A stretch of 64,000 nucleotides of DNA, from positions 24,376 through 88,375 of the forward strand of contig CALCWC010000026.1 in the NCBI GenBank assembly GCA_937905985.1, given 5' to 3'. Position numbers and translations under genes: made by a program. The DNA comes from an uncultured Verrucomicrobiales bacterium. Lineage in GTDB: Bacteria > Verrucomicrobiota > Verrucomicrobiia > Verrucomicrobiales > Akkermansiaceae. The notes under the pieces were generated by a model, which made no database searches, was not told the origin of the DNA, and worked only from the letters and a program-made list of their open reading frames with translations. This document shows positions 1-9,407 of this stretch, piece by piece (position 1 is the first letter of the stretch; each line of letters opens with the position of its first letter).

Positions 1-981
1 GTAGGTCTCGTAGCCGTTTTCGTCAATACCGTTGGAGATGGTGGAGGTCACGGTAGCCACCTTGGCCTCCAGCGGGGAGGGCAGATAGTCCACCACGGCG
101 TCCAGCAGGGCCTGCACGCCCTTGTTCTTGAAGGCGGAGCCACCGGCAACGGGCACAAACTTGTTGGCGATGGTGGCGCGGCGGATGGCGGCCTTGAGCG
201 TCTGGGCGTCAATCGGCTCCTCCATCAGGAAGAGCTCGGCCAGCTCGTCGTCCACGTCGGCCACCTTCTCCTTGAGCTCCAGCAGGGCGGCCTCGGCCTC
301 CTCCTTGAGCTCGTCGGGAATCTCGGTCACCTCGTAGGTGGAACCCAGGCGGTCGTTGTCGGAGTACATGATGGCCTTCTGGTTCACCACGTCAATCTGG
401 CCGCGCAGCTGGTCCTCGGCGCCGATGGGCACCAGGATGGAGGCGGCGTTGGCATGCAGCTTGTTGCGGATGCCGTCCAGCACGTTGGCGAAATTGGCGC
501 CCGTGCGGTCCATCTTGTTGACGAAGCAGATGCGGGGCACGTTGTACTTGGTGGCCTGGCGCCACACGGTCTGGGTCTGGGGCTGCACGCCGGCCACACC
601 GCAGAACACAACGATGGCACCGTCGAGCACGCGCAGGGATCGCTCCACCTCAGCGGTGAAGTCCACGTGCCCGGGGGTGTCAATCACGTTGAGCTGGAAG
701 TTCTCGTTCTCGTAGATCTTGTAGCAACCCTCGGCAGGGAGCTGTTTCCAGTTGGTGGTGACGGCGGCGGAGGTGATGGTGATACCGCGCTCCTGCTCCT
801 GCTCCATCCAGTCGGTCGTCGCAGACCCTTCGTGGGTCTCGCCGATCTTGTGGATCATGCCGGTGTAGAAGAGGATGCGTTCGGAGAGCGTGGTTTTGCC
901 ACCGTCAATGTGAGCGGCGATACCGAAGTTGCGGTAGCGCTCAAGCGGGGCCTTGCGGTCGGGGCTGCTTACACTTGCCAT
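1..981 (-). CDS. fusA: Elongation factor G, N-terminal ~327 codons (3' part lies beyond the left window edge)
   Basis: The minus frame is open from the ATG at 979-981 to position 1. Translation [31 protein letters not shown]...DTPGHVDF...NKMDR carries the G1, G3 and G4 GTPase motifs. It lies downstream of rpsL-rpsG as in the str operon. It is absent from the ORF track because no stop lies in the window. Confidence 0.95.
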   Translation of the reverse strand, partial: MASVSSPDRKAPLERYRNFGIAAHIDGGKTTLSERILFYTGMIHKIGETHEGSATTDWMEQEQERGITITSAAVTTNWKQLPAEGCYKIYENENFQLNVIDTPGHVDFTAEVERSLRVLDGAIVVFCGVAGVQPQTQTVWRQATKYNVPRICFVNKMDRTGANFANVLDGIRNKLHANAASILVPIGAEDQLRGQIDVVNQKAIMYSDNDRLGSTYEVTEIPDELKEEAEAALLELKEKVADVDDELAELFLMEEPIDAQTLKAAIRRATIANKFVPVAGGSAFKNKGVQALLDAVVDYLPSPLEAKVATVTSTISNGIDENGYETY

Positions 982-1051
982 AATGGTAATATGAATGTTT
1001 GGGGTTCAGAGATTACTTTTTGCGAAAAAACGAGAATCTTCCGCCGGCTGC

Positions 1052-1525
1052 TTACCAGCGGAAGTGAGCGAATGCACGGTTGGCCTGGGCCATCTTGTGC
1101 ACGTCGTCGCGCTTGCGCACGGCGGCACCCTGGTTGGCGGCGGCTTCCTTGATTTCGTTTGCCAGAGCCTTGGCCATGGGAACGCCCTTGCGGTTGCGGG
1201 CGTAGTTGATGAGCCAGCGCATGGCCAGAGCCTCGGAACGGTCGGGAGCCACCTCCAGCGGCACCTGGTAGGTTGCACCGCCCACGCGGCGGCTCTTCAC
1301 CTCCACGCGAGGCTTCGCGTTCTCGATGGCGCGGGTCAGGACTTCAAGCGGGCTCACGGTGTCCGTTCCCTCGTTGGCGAGGTCGATCGCCTTGTAGACG
1401 ATACGCTCAGCCAGGGAACGCTTGCCACCCAGCATCACCTTGCCGATAAGCTTGCCGACAAGGACGGAATCGTAACGGGAGTCACGATGTTCAATCTTCT
1501 TATAGACGCGTTTGCGACGGGCCAT
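1052..1525 (-). CDS. rpsG: 30S ribosomal protein S7
   Basis: 157-aa ORF MARRKRVYKK...GGATYQVPLEV...AFAHFRW is a typical S7 sequence, positioned between rpsL and fusA. Confidence 0.97.
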   Translation of the reverse strand: MARRKRVYKKIEHRDSRYDSVLVGKLIGKVMLGGKRSLAERIVYKAIDLANEGTDTVSPLEVLTRAIENAKPRVEVKSRRVGGATYQVPLEVAPDRSEALAMRWLINYARNRKGVPMAKALANEIKEAAANQGAAVRKRDDVHKMAQANRAFAHFRW

Positions 1526-1549
1526 AACAGTATTCTATATTAGGGGTTC

Positions 1550-1936
1550 TTACTTCTTGGCGGCTTCCTTGGGGCGCTTGGCACCGTACTTCGAGCGGCC
1601 GCGGCGGCGCTTCTCTACGCCAAGGCAGTCCAGCGCGCCACGAACAATGTGGTAGCGCACACCGGGAAGGTCCTTCACACGGCCACCGCGCACCAGCACA
1701 ATGCTGTGCTCCTGCAGGTTGTGGCCTTCACCGCCAATGTAGGCGATCACTTCTTCGCCATTGGTCAGGCGAACTTTTGCAACTTTACGAAGAGCGGAGT
1801 TCGGCTTCTTCGGCGTGCGGGTCATCACCTGGAGGCAGACCCCGCGGCGCTGCGGGCAGCTGTGAAGAGCGCGAGACTTCGACTTCTCTTCCGGTACGGT
1901 TCGTCCCTTGCGGACGAGTTGATTGATGGTCGGCAT
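1550..1936 (-). CDS. rpsL: 30S ribosomal protein S12
   Basis: 128-aa [15 protein letters not shown]...[10 protein letters not shown]...[19 protein letters not shown] is the canonical S12 sequence. Confidence 0.97.
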   Translation of the reverse strand: MPTINQLVRKGRTVPEEKSKSRALHSCPQRRGVCLQVMTRTPKKPNSALRKVAKVRLTNGEEVIAYIGGEGHNLQEHSIVLVRGGRVKDLPGVRYHIVRGALDCLGVEKRRRGRSKYGAKRPKEAAKK

Positions 1937-2080
1937 GTTTCCTTCTAGTTTGTGGTTTTACGGGGCTTTGCCGGCAATCTTGCAAGCCCCTCTCCCTAGA
2001 GGAAACCTGCCGTTTTTCCGGCGGCGGACCCGATAGTTCCCTGCGTATTTTGCCTAATATGACGGCATGCAGGGGCGCTC

Positions 2081-2108
2081 ATTCTACCCGTTTTTTCCCA
2101 TTTGGCAA
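2081..2108 (-). promoter_or_regulatory. Putative sigma70-type promoter of the str operon
   Basis: The minus strand reads TTGCCA-16nt-TAGAAT. An A/T-rich UP-like tract lies at 2111-2135, about 140 nt upstream of the rpsL ATG. Confidence 0.55.
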
Positions 2109-2213
2109 GCCTTTTTTTTTAAATTTTGGATTTTTTTTGCTTTTTTCATAATGCTTAAGATAGGTTAAATAATAGCACGCCGCCGGAATATATGATTTTT
2201 TTGGGACGAGAAT

Positions 2214-2666
2214 GGCGTGGTTGGTAGGCAATGATTGGCGCGGACGAACGCGATTAGTATGCATGCGTTAGCGTGAATAGGGGTGGTTGGTCGGCATGCG
2301 TTGGCGTGTATCCACCCCGCGCCCGTCTTCGCGCGTTGCGCTACGCCGAGGCAGGCAAGGCGGGGTTACGTGCCGAGACGTATCGGGCGTGGTTACCCCC
2401 CAGGCTTCCGCCTGGGGCTGGAAAAAGTGAACGCCGCCAAGGCGGCTCAATATAGCGCGCCGTTCGGCGCGGTGCATATATTCCCGCACGCGGAGCGTGC
2501 CAAAATTGAGCCGCCGTGCGGCGACAACCTTTTTCAGCCCCGGTCGTAAGACCGGGGGGTGTCCCCCTTCGCACTTACAATTAACGTAACCCCGCCCACG
2601 CGCGGGGTGGATACACGCTAAGGGTGGCACCTCTCCGTGGCCCGCTGCCACCAATCATGGCACGCC
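2214..2666. repeat. Mosaic nested-palindrome intergenic repeat, family B, copy 1
   Basis: Shares modules with 21888-22125: CAATGATTGGYGC..GACGARCGCGATTAGTATGCA, ATCCACCCCGCGC...GCGGGGTGGATAC inverted repeats, and GGCTGGAAAAAG..GCCGCCAAGGCGGCTCAATATAGCGCGCC. Confidence 0.8.
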
Positions 2667-2703
2667 GATTTCGGATTTGGGATTTCGGATTTATGATTTA
2701 GGA
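2667..2703. repeat. Heptamer tandem array (GATTTNG)x5
   Basis: Reads gatttcg gatttgg gatttcg gatttat gatttag. It abuts the stop codon of the squalene-synthase-like gene. Confidence 0.85.
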
Positions 2704-3585
2704 TATGCTGGGGCCGGTGCAGGCGCACCAGGCGGCGCGGAGCATGGAGGCGTAGACGGCGCGGCGGGGGATTTTCACGCGCTCAGTGCCCTTGCGGGCG
2801 CGGATGAGGCGCAGGGTCTTCACCCCCAGCAGGGCGGGCAGCATGCTGGCGAAACGCAGGCGGAAGCCGCCGAGCCGCCGCGCGTAATCGATGCCGTCTG
2901 CCAGGTAGCGTTCCGCGCGGTCGGCCCACACGGCGGGGTCGGAGGCCAGGTATTGGCGGCCGCGCGCGGCATCCTCCTGCAAATCGCGCAGGATGTTGAC
3001 GAGTTGCAGTCCCTTACCGTAGCGCACGGCGGCCTGGCACATGATTTCCACCCTTGCGGCGGGGCAGAAGGCGTCGCCCAGGGACTCGCGGCCGAGGCGG
3101 GTCCAGAACTCGCCCACGCAGCCGGCCACGCGGTAGGCGTAGAGGTCGGTCATGGCGTCGTCCGCCACGGCGGTGCAATCCGGGGTAAAGTAGGTGAGGT
3201 CCCAGAGCTGGCCCTCGATGATGGTGGCGAGCACCCTGCGGATGAGCCCTCGCAGCGCGGCGGGTGCGGCGTCCAGCTCCTGCAGCAGCCGGGGGAAGCA
3301 GCGCAGCAGTTCGGCTTCCGATGCCTTGTCCTGCGCGGGGGCCAGGCGCTCCGCCAGGGTTTGGCAGAGGCCGGCGGCGTCCTCACCTTCCCCGGCGATG
3401 ACGCGGCCCATGCGCTGCAGGGCGTCCGCGCGCTCCTGCACGGCGGCGGTGGAGGTGTCGGCCACGCTGTCGGTGGCGCGGGCGAGCATGTAGGCCAGGG
3501 CCACGGCATCCCTCATGGCGGGCGGCAGCCACGCCATGCTCAGGTAGAACGAGCGGGAAACGCGCTTGAGAAGCTCGCGGTCCAT
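2698..3585 (-). CDS. Squalene/phytoene synthase family protein (HpnC/HpnD-like)
   Basis: 295 aa with an ATG start. It carries the SRSFYLS motif, a first Asp-rich region (ARATDSVAD) and a second (NILRDLQEDAARGRQYL), all typical of trans-isoprenyl diphosphate synthase head-to-head enzymes. Confidence 0.8.
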   Translation of the reverse strand: MDRELLKRVSRSFYLSMAWLPPAMRDAVALAYMLARATDSVADTSTAAVQERADALQRMGRVIAGEGEDAAGLCQTLAERLAPAQDKASEAELLRCFPRLLQELDAAPAALRGLIRRVLATIIEGQLWDLTYFTPDCTAVADDAMTDLYAYRVAGCVGEFWTRLGRESLGDAFCPAARVEIMCQAAVRYGKGLQLVNILRDLQEDAARGRQYLASDPAVWADRAERYLADGIDYARRLGGFRLRFASMLPALLGVKTLRLIRARKGTERVKIPRRAVYASMLRAAWCACTGPSIS

Positions 3586-3593
3586 GGATTGAG

Positions 3594-4187
3594 TCAGCTG
3601 AGGTGCCGCAGCGCGCCGCGAATCAATTCGTCGGTCTCCGCCTGCGGGTTGTCCTTCACGAGATTGGCGATGGTCTTGCGGGCATCCACCTGCTTGAAGC
3701 CGAGGGCGACGAGGGCGAGCTCGGCATCCGCGGCGGCCTGGGAAGTGGTGCCCTGCTGCTGGGCCTCCCAGGTGGAGGCGAGGCCGACCTTGTCCTTGAG
3801 TTCCAGGATGATACGCTCCGCGGTGCGCTTGCCCACGCCCTTGGCGCGGGCGATGGCCTGGACATCGCCGTTGACGACGGCGGCCTTGAAGGTGTTCACG
3901 TTCAAGCCGCTGAGGATGGAGATGGCGGTGGCGGGGCCGATGCCGCTCACGCGGTCGATGAGCAGGCGGAAGATATCCCGCTCCGCATCCGTGGCAAAGC
4001 CGTAGAGCACCTGGGCGTTCTCGCGCACATGCATGTGGATTTTCAATTTGACGGGCTGCCCCTCCATGGGGTTGAGGGCGTCGAAGGTGGAGAGCGGCAC
4101 CTGAACCTCATAGCCCACGCCGTTCACATCCACCACCAGGCACTGCGGCATGGCCTCCTCTACTGTTCCTCGCAAGAATGAAATCAT
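3594..4187 (-). CDS. ruvA: Holliday junction DNA helicase subunit RuvA
   Basis: The internal ATG at 4185-4187 gives MISFLRGTVEE...VVDVNGVGYEVQVPLSTF...GIGPATAISILS...GVGKRTAERIILELKDK, 197 aa. The 41-codon upstream extension in the ORF track has no RuvA similarity. Confidence 0.9.
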   Translation of the reverse strand: MISFLRGTVEEAMPQCLVVDVNGVGYEVQVPLSTFDALNPMEGQPVKLKIHMHVRENAQVLYGFATDAERDIFRLLIDRVSGIGPATAISILSGLNVNTFKAAVVNGDVQAIARAKGVGKRTAERIILELKDKVGLASTWEAQQQGTTSQAAADAELALVALGFKQVDARKTIANLVKDNPQAETDELIRGALRHLS

Positions 4188-4199
4188 GGATATGCTGGC

Positions 4200-4227
4200 A
4201 TTATACCGCGTGGGCGCGCGCGTGCAA
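4200..4227 (-). promoter_or_regulatory. Putative ruvA promoter
   Basis: The minus strand reads TTGCAC-16nt-TATAAT. The -10 element ends 12 nt before the ruvA ATG, giving a very short leader. Confidence 0.5.
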
Positions 4228-4251
4228 GAAAAAACGGGCGGCGGAATTGGC

Positions 4252-4279
4252 TTGCACAGGGCGTGGGTTCTGGTACAAT
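4252..4279 (+). promoter_or_regulatory. Putative promoter of the lipoprotein/hexapeptide-transferase pair
   Basis: TTGCAC-16nt-TACAAT with an extended TGg. It is divergent from the ruvA promoter and lies 18 nt upstream of the ATG at 4298. Confidence 0.5.
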
Positions 4280-4297
4280 ATGGCATTGCAGAATGCC

Positions 4298-4756
4298 ATG
4301 AAAACGACAATAGCCAGATTAGCCACGCTTGTTGCCGCCGGATTCACGCTCGCAGCCTGCCAGCAGGGAAACGGCGCACTCAGCCAGGGGGCCGTGCGCG
4401 CCACGCTCGCGGCCAAGACCCTGATGGTCACGCCGTCCGACCCGGAATGGCTGCTGCAGGCCGGGGAACAGCACAAGCTCACAGATGTGCAGCGCGCGCA
4501 GCTGAGACGCCTGCTCAAAAACGCGCAGGTGCGCGAGGTGCCGGATTCCATGTACCGCTCCGCAGAGGAAGGCAACCGCCATGACTCCTCCAACCGGATT
4601 TTCTACATCTACGGCAGCAACGGCCAGTGCCTCGGCGCACGCGTGATCGACCAGCGCGTGATGCTGGACGACTTGCAGCTGGACGTAGCCACGCAGCAGA
4701 AGCTCTACAGGCTGCTGAAGCCGCACCTGCTCAAGCTCTTCAAGAAACTGCCCTGA
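4298..4756 (+). CDS. Hypothetical lipoprotein
   Basis: The ATG at 4298 gives MKTTIARLATLVAAGFTLAAC-QQ, a signal peptide plus lipobox. 152 aa with no recognisable domain. Confidence 0.6.
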   Translation: MKTTIARLATLVAAGFTLAACQQGNGALSQGAVRATLAAKTLMVTPSDPEWLLQAGEQHKLTDVQRAQLRRLLKNAQVREVPDSMYRSAEEGNRHDSSNRIFYIYGSNGQCLGARVIDQRVMLDDLQLDVATQQKLYRLLKPHLLKLFKKLP

Positions 4757-5316
4757 TGCCGGAGCAGGCCCCACCCTGGGAGCAGCTGGAGGCCGCGGCC
4801 GCCAGCCTCTCCCGCATGCAGGCGGATATCCGCGGCACGGTGCATCCGCAAGCCACCGTGCTGGGCACGCTGCAGCTGGGGGAGGGTTCCACCATCCTGC
4901 CCGGCACCGTCATCGACGGCCATGTGCGCATCGGCCGCAACTGCACCATCGGCCCGCACGCATATGTGCGCGGCAACACCCTGATTGAGGACGATTGCCA
5001 CATCGGCCATGCGGTGGAGGTGAAGAGCAGCATCATCCGCCGGGGCACGCACATCGCCCACCTCTCCTACGTGGGGGATTCCATCCTGGAGGAGGACGTC
5101 AACCTGGGCGGCGGGTGCATCTGCAGCAATTTCCGGCACGATGCCGCCAACATCCGCATGCCGTACAACGGCGTGCTCACCGACAGCGGGCGCAACAAGC
5201 TCGGCTGCGTCATCGGCGCCCACTCCCGCATCGGCTGCAATTGCACCATCCTGCCGGGACGCGTGCTGCCGCCCCACACCGCCACCGCCCCCGGCACCGT
5301 GGTTTCCCGCCCTTGA
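4756..5316 (+). CDS. Hexapeptide-repeat (left-handed beta-helix) transferase family protein
   Basis: The ATG overlaps the upstream stop (TGATG). The 186-aa product has repeated [LIV]G-x4 hexapeptides (IGRNCTIGPHAYVRGNTLIEDDCHIGHAVEVK...IGAHSRIGCNCTI). Confidence 0.7.
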   Translation: MPEQAPPWEQLEAAAASLSRMQADIRGTVHPQATVLGTLQLGEGSTILPGTVIDGHVRIGRNCTIGPHAYVRGNTLIEDDCHIGHAVEVKSSIIRRGTHIAHLSYVGDSILEEDVNLGGGCICSNFRHDAANIRMPYNGVLTDSGRNKLGCVIGAHSRIGCNCTILPGRVLPPHTATAPGTVVSRP

Positions 5317-5372
5317 ACGCGGGGAATGGGTTTGGGAGATGTTGGGAACGGCCTACGAGTGGAGCGACCCTT

Positions 5373-5775
5373 GGCGTGAACGGGCGTGGTTGGTTGCGCA
5401 CGCCCACACCGGCCCACACCGCCATTCGGCGGCGTTACCGTGGTGTGTATGCGGGGGTGGTTACCCACGGGTTAAAGAACCCGTGGCTTGCGCATCGCCG
5501 CCCCCAAAGGGGGCTTCATATAGCCGCGCCAGAGGCGCGGTAGATTACAAGTTTCATCTGGCATACTGCCAGATGAAACATCATTGCCTCGCGCCCTGTG
5601 GGCGCGCTAACTGTAACCCCGCCAGGGGTGATGGTGCGCAAGCCACGGCATCTTTATGCCGTGGGTCACCCGGCACGCCAACCAATCCACGGTAACCCCG
5701 CCTTGTGCGGGGTGGTGCCGGTGTGGGCGTGCGTATCCCGCCACCCCCGTTGGCACCAACCATTGCATACCCAAA
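5373..5775. repeat. Nested-palindrome ~400-bp element, family A, copy 1 (MITE-like)
   Basis: Carries 17-bp terminal inverted repeats CGCACGCCCACACCGGC (5397-5413) and GCCGGTGTGGGCGTGCG (5717-5733), plus inner inverted arms at 5464-5494 and 5635-5665 and a central hairpin at 5551-5579. It is homologous to 18623-19050. Confidence 0.85.
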
Positions 5776-5878
5776 GGCCGCGCCGAATCGTAAAATCCGG
5801 CACAGTGCCACATTTTTCGCCTCGGCGTGAAGAAAAAGCTTGAATGGGGCGGGGAAATGTGCTAAAGAGGAAACGTCT

Positions 5879-6511
5879 ATGAAAAAAGTTCTTTCTACAT
5901 TGACCATTCTGGCAGGCCTTGCAAGCGTTGCCAGCGCCGCCCCGTATGTGCTCCCGGAGAACCAGCCCGGTGCCAACACCAAGTATGACTGGACTCCCGA
6001 GTACAGCATCGACGCCCTCTACGCCATCGGCGATGAGAAACACATGCCCGACATGTGGGGCGTCCGCGTGGGCTTCAACCTGTACTCCATGCAGCGCGCC
6101 TCCGTGCGCCACCAGTTCTCGCTGTCCGTGGCCTACGAGGCCGGCAACGAGAAATACACGGAGGTGGACTACCAGGGCTACAGCATGCACTACAAGGACG
6201 AGATGTACGCCATGCCCATCACCCTGGGCTACCACGTGCACCTGGCCGTCAGCGACGAGGTCTCCTTCTTCCTTGGAGGCCGCGCCGGCTACTCCATCGG
6301 CCAGGTCAAGTCGAAGGATGGGTATGGCACGGACAAAATTGACACGGACGGCTTCACGTTCAGCGTGGGCGGCGGCATTCAGGTGCAGTGCAGCGACACC
6401 GTGTACGTGCGCCTGGGCTACGAGTTCGGCCGCACCTATGTTGACAAGAAGGACGTGAAGGGCAACTACGGCCAGCACACCATCTCCCTGGGTGTGGGCT
6501 GCTGGTTCTAA
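5879..6511 (+). CDS. Outer-membrane beta-barrel protein (OmpA-like/porin family)
   Basis: AAGAGG Shine-Dalgarno sequence, then an ATG at 5879. The signal peptide is MKKVLSTLTILAGLASVASA. Alternating amphipathic strands follow, with an aromatic C-terminus (...GVGCWF). Confidence 0.65.
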   Translation: MKKVLSTLTILAGLASVASAAPYVLPENQPGANTKYDWTPEYSIDALYAIGDEKHMPDMWGVRVGFNLYSMQRASVRHQFSLSVAYEAGNEKYTEVDYQGYSMHYKDEMYAMPITLGYHVHLAVSDEVSFFLGGRAGYSIGQVKSKDGYGTDKIDTDGFTFSVGGGIQVQCSDTVYVRLGYEFGRTYVDKKDVKGNYGQHTISLGVGCWF

Positions 6512-6538
6512 AACCCGTCTGAAAATCAAAACCTTAAC

Positions 6539-6570
6539 AAAACGGGGCGGCCGCAAGGTCGCCCCGTTTC
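6539..6570. terminator. Bidirectional intrinsic terminator between convergent genes
   Basis: Stem AACGGGGCG (6541-6549) pairs with CGCCCCGTT (6560-6568). It is flanked by an A-run upstream and a T-run downstream. Confidence 0.6.
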
Positions 6571-6591
6571 CATTTGGTGAATTGATTGAGC

Positions 6592-9312
6592 TCAGCAGTA
6601 GCGGCGGAGGACGTACGGCAAAATGCCGCCGGCGCGGAGGTATTCCAGCTCCATGGGAGTGTCCACGCGCACGGTGAGCGGCAGGTCGAATGCAGGGGCA
6701 TCCGCCGGCTGCACGTGCAGGGTGGCCTTGCCGCGCGGGGTCAAAGCCGCGCCCAGCCCCGTGATGGAGAACGTGGCGTCCGCCAGGTCCTTCACACGGT
6801 CGTAGTCCGCAGGGTCGGCAAAGTTGAGGGGCAACACACCCATGCCGATAAGGTTGCTGCGGTGGATGCGCTCGAAGCTCTTGGAAACAACGGCTTGCAC
6901 GCCGAGGAGGGCGGTACCCTTGGCGGCCCAGTCGCGGCTGGAGCCCATGCCGTAGTCTTCACCCGCAATGACGATGGTGGGGGTGCCGTCCTGACGGTAG
7001 GCCATGCCCGCATCATAGATGAACGTGGGCGTGCCGGAGGGGGCGGCGATGTCCACATCCGGCGCAGAGACGGGCTGCGTGCCGAAGTAGAGCGTGTAGC
7101 CGCCCTCCACGCCGGGAGTCATGCGGTTCTTGATACGCACGTTGGCAAAGGTGCCGCGCACCATGACAAGGTCGTTGCCGCGGCGGGAGCCGTAGGTGTT
7201 GAAATCCTTCTGCTGCACGCCGAGGGAGGCGAGGAAGCGTCCGGCAGCCCCCGTGGGCTTGATGGCCCCGGCGGGTGAGATGTGGTCTGTGGTCACGCTG
7301 TCGCCAAAGATGCCGAGGGCGCGGGCGCCTGTGATGTCCTGGACATCGTGGGGCTGCTTGGTGAAGGCATCGAAGAACGGCGGGCGGTGGATGTAGGAGG
7401 AATCTGTATTCCAGGCGAAGGTGGCACCCTGCGGGGCGGTCACGCCGTCCCATTGCGCCACGTGCTCCGCGTAGGAGGCGCGGTAGTCCTGCGGCGCGGC
7501 GGTGCGTGCCTGTGCGGCGGCTATCTCGTCGGAAGTCGGCCAGATGTCGCGCAGATACACGGGGTGCCCGTCCGTAGCCGTACCCAGCGGCTCGTTGAGC
7601 ATGTCGATATCCACGCGGCCGGCCAAGGCGAAGGCAATCACCAGCGGGGGCGACATGAGGAAGTTGGCCTTGACCATGGGGTGAATGCGGGCCTCGAAAT
7701 TGCGGTTGCCGGAAAGCACGGAGCAGGAAACGAGCCCCTGTTCCGCCACGGCCTGCTCCAGCTGGGGGTTGAGCGGGCCGGAATTGCCGATGCAAGTGGT
7801 GCAGCCGAAGCCGACGATGGAGAAGCCGATGGCATCCAGAGCCTCCGTAAGGCCGTTGTTGGCAAAGTAGCGCGTTGCAATGCGGGAGCCGGGAGCCATG
7901 CTGGTCTTCACGTGCGCGGGCACGCGCAAGCCGAGCGCGGCGGCCTTCTTGGCCAGCAGGCCCGCGGCGAGCATGAGCCCCTCGTTGCTGGTGTTGGTGC
8001 AGCTGGTGATGGCCGCCACCAGGATGGAGCCGTCCGTCAGCTCGACATCATGCGTGGTGTCGGCATCGGGGTTTCCGGCATCGCCGTGCATGGTCACCTT
8101 CACGGATTCGGCGCGCTGCTCGTGGCCGTACACGCCGGTGCAGAGCTCCGCGAAATTCTTCTTCAAATCCGCCAGGGCAATGTGGTCCTGCGGGCGCTTG
8201 GGGCCCGCGACCGCGGGAACGATGTCCGCCAGGTCCAGCTCCAGCACGGCGGAGTAGTCCAGCTGCCCCGCGTGCGGCATGCCGAAAAGGCCCTGTGCCT
8301 TGAGATAGGCCACGCAGGTATCCACCTGTTGTTGAGGGCGGCCGGTGGCGCGCAGGTATTCCGCGCTCACCTCGTCGAAGGGGAAGAAACCCATGGTGGC
8401 GCCGTATTCCGGGGCCATGTTGGCCACGGTGGCGCGGTCCGGCAGGGAAAGCGCGGCGGCGCCCTCCCCGAAGAATTCAACGAACTTGCCCACCACGCCG
8501 TGCTTGCGCAGCATGCGCGTGACGTGCAGCGCCAAATCCGTGGCGGTCACCCCCTCCCGCAGCTTGCCGGCAAGGTGCACGCCCACCACCTCCGGCGCCA
8601 GGAAGGTCACCGGCTGGCCGAGCATGCCGGCCTCCGCCTCAATGCCGCCCACGCCCCAGGCCACAATGCCCAGGCCGTTGATCATGGTGGTGTGGGAATC
8701 CGTGCCCACCAGGGTATCCGGGTAGAACACGCCATCCTGCTCCATCACGCCGCGGGCCAGGTGCTCCAGGTTCACCTGGTGTACAATGCCGGTGCCGGGC
8801 GGCACCACGGAGAAGGACTTGAAGGCCTGCTGCCCCCATTTGAGGAATTCATAGCGCTCGGTGTTGCGCTCAAACTCGCGCTCCAAATTCTTGTGGTAGG
8901 CGGCGGGGAATCCCGCCCAGTCCACCTGCACGGAATGGTCCACCACCAAATCCACCGGCACCAGCGGCTCCATGGCCGCGGGATCGGCCCCCTGCCCTTC
9001 CACCGCCGCGCGCATCGCCGCCAAATCCACCAGCAGCGGCACGCCAGTAAGGTCTTGCAGGATGATGCGCCCCACCGTGAACGGGATTTCAAAGTCATGC
9101 GCCTGCCCCGCCTTCCATGAGGCCAGGTTCTCCACGTCGCGCTCCGTCACGCGCATGCCGTCGCAGTTGCGCAGCAGGCTCTCCAGCACAATACGCAAGC
9201 TCACCGGCATGCGGTTGATGCCAGGGTGGCCGCCCTCTGCCAGTGCGGGCAGGGAGTAGAAACATCCCTCTCCCCCGCCGGGTATCTCAAAGCTTCTTTT
9301 TACGTCTTTCAT
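6592..9312 (-). CDS. acnA: Aconitate hydratase A
   Basis: 906 aa from the ATG at 9310-9312 (the ORF-track start at 9327 is a GTG). It shows full-length similarity to aconitase/IRP proteins: LQDLTGVPLLVDLAAMR, GTDSHTTMINGLG, ITSCTNTSN, CTTCIGNSG, SGNRNFEARIH. Confidence 0.95.
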   Translation of the reverse strand: MKDVKRSFEIPGGGEGCFYSLPALAEGGHPGINRMPVSLRIVLESLLRNCDGMRVTERDVENLASWKAGQAHDFEIPFTVGRIILQDLTGVPLLVDLAAMRAAVEGQGADPAAMEPLVPVDLVVDHSVQVDWAGFPAAYHKNLEREFERNTERYEFLKWGQQAFKSFSVVPPGTGIVHQVNLEHLARGVMEQDGVFYPDTLVGTDSHTTMINGLGIVAWGVGGIEAEAGMLGQPVTFLAPEVVGVHLAGKLREGVTATDLALHVTRMLRKHGVVGKFVEFFGEGAAALSLPDRATVANMAPEYGATMGFFPFDEVSAEYLRATGRPQQQVDTCVAYLKAQGLFGMPHAGQLDYSAVLELDLADIVPAVAGPKRPQDHIALADLKKNFAELCTGVYGHEQRAESVKVTMHGDAGNPDADTTHDVELTDGSILVAAITSCTNTSNEGLMLAAGLLAKKAAALGLRVPAHVKTSMAPGSRIATRYFANNGLTEALDAIGFSIVGFGCTTCIGNSGPLNPQLEQAVAEQGLVSCSVLSGNRNFEARIHPMVKANFLMSPPLVIAFALAGRVDIDMLNEPLGTATDGHPVYLRDIWPTSDEIAAAQARTAAPQDYRASYAEHVAQWDGVTAPQGATFAWNTDSSYIHRPPFFDAFTKQPHDVQDITGARALGIFGDSVTTDHISPAGAIKPTGAAGRFLASLGVQQKDFNTYGSRRGNDLVMVRGTFANVRIKNRMTPGVEGGYTLYFGTQPVSAPDVDIAAPSGTPTFIYDAGMAYRQDGTPTIVIAGEDYGMGSSRDWAAKGTALLGVQAVVSKSFERIHRSNLIGMGVLPLNFADPADYDRVKDLADATFSITGLGAALTPRGKATLHVQPADAPAFDLPLTVRVDTPMELEYLRAGGILPYVLRRYC

Positions 9313-9330
9313 GTAACAGGAAGTCACGCG

Positions 9331-9358
9331 AGTATAATCGCATTTCCCCTTCTTTCAA
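9331..9358 (-). promoter_or_regulatory. Putative acnA promoter
   Basis: The minus strand reads TTGAAA-16nt-TATACT. The -10 element ends 18 nt upstream of the ATG at 9312. Confidence 0.5.
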
Positions 9359-9407
9359 GGAGAAAAGACCTCTTATGCCACAATTCGCTGAAAAGCGCGC
9401 TTCTTTC

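Noticed and set aside
2268-2654. ORFs of 60-140 aa inside the repeat elements (2268-2654, 5581-6009, 5141-5695, 18707-18974, 21908-22567).
   Set aside because: They lie entirely within nested-palindrome repeats, occur in both orientations, have Arg/Pro/Gly-rich low-complexity translations, and lack start-site signals.
5666-6556. A 296-aa minus-strand ORF overlapping the outer-membrane beta-barrel gene.
   Set aside because: The plus-strand gene has a Shine-Dalgarno sequence, a signal peptide and an aromatic C-terminus. The minus frame has shadow-type composition.
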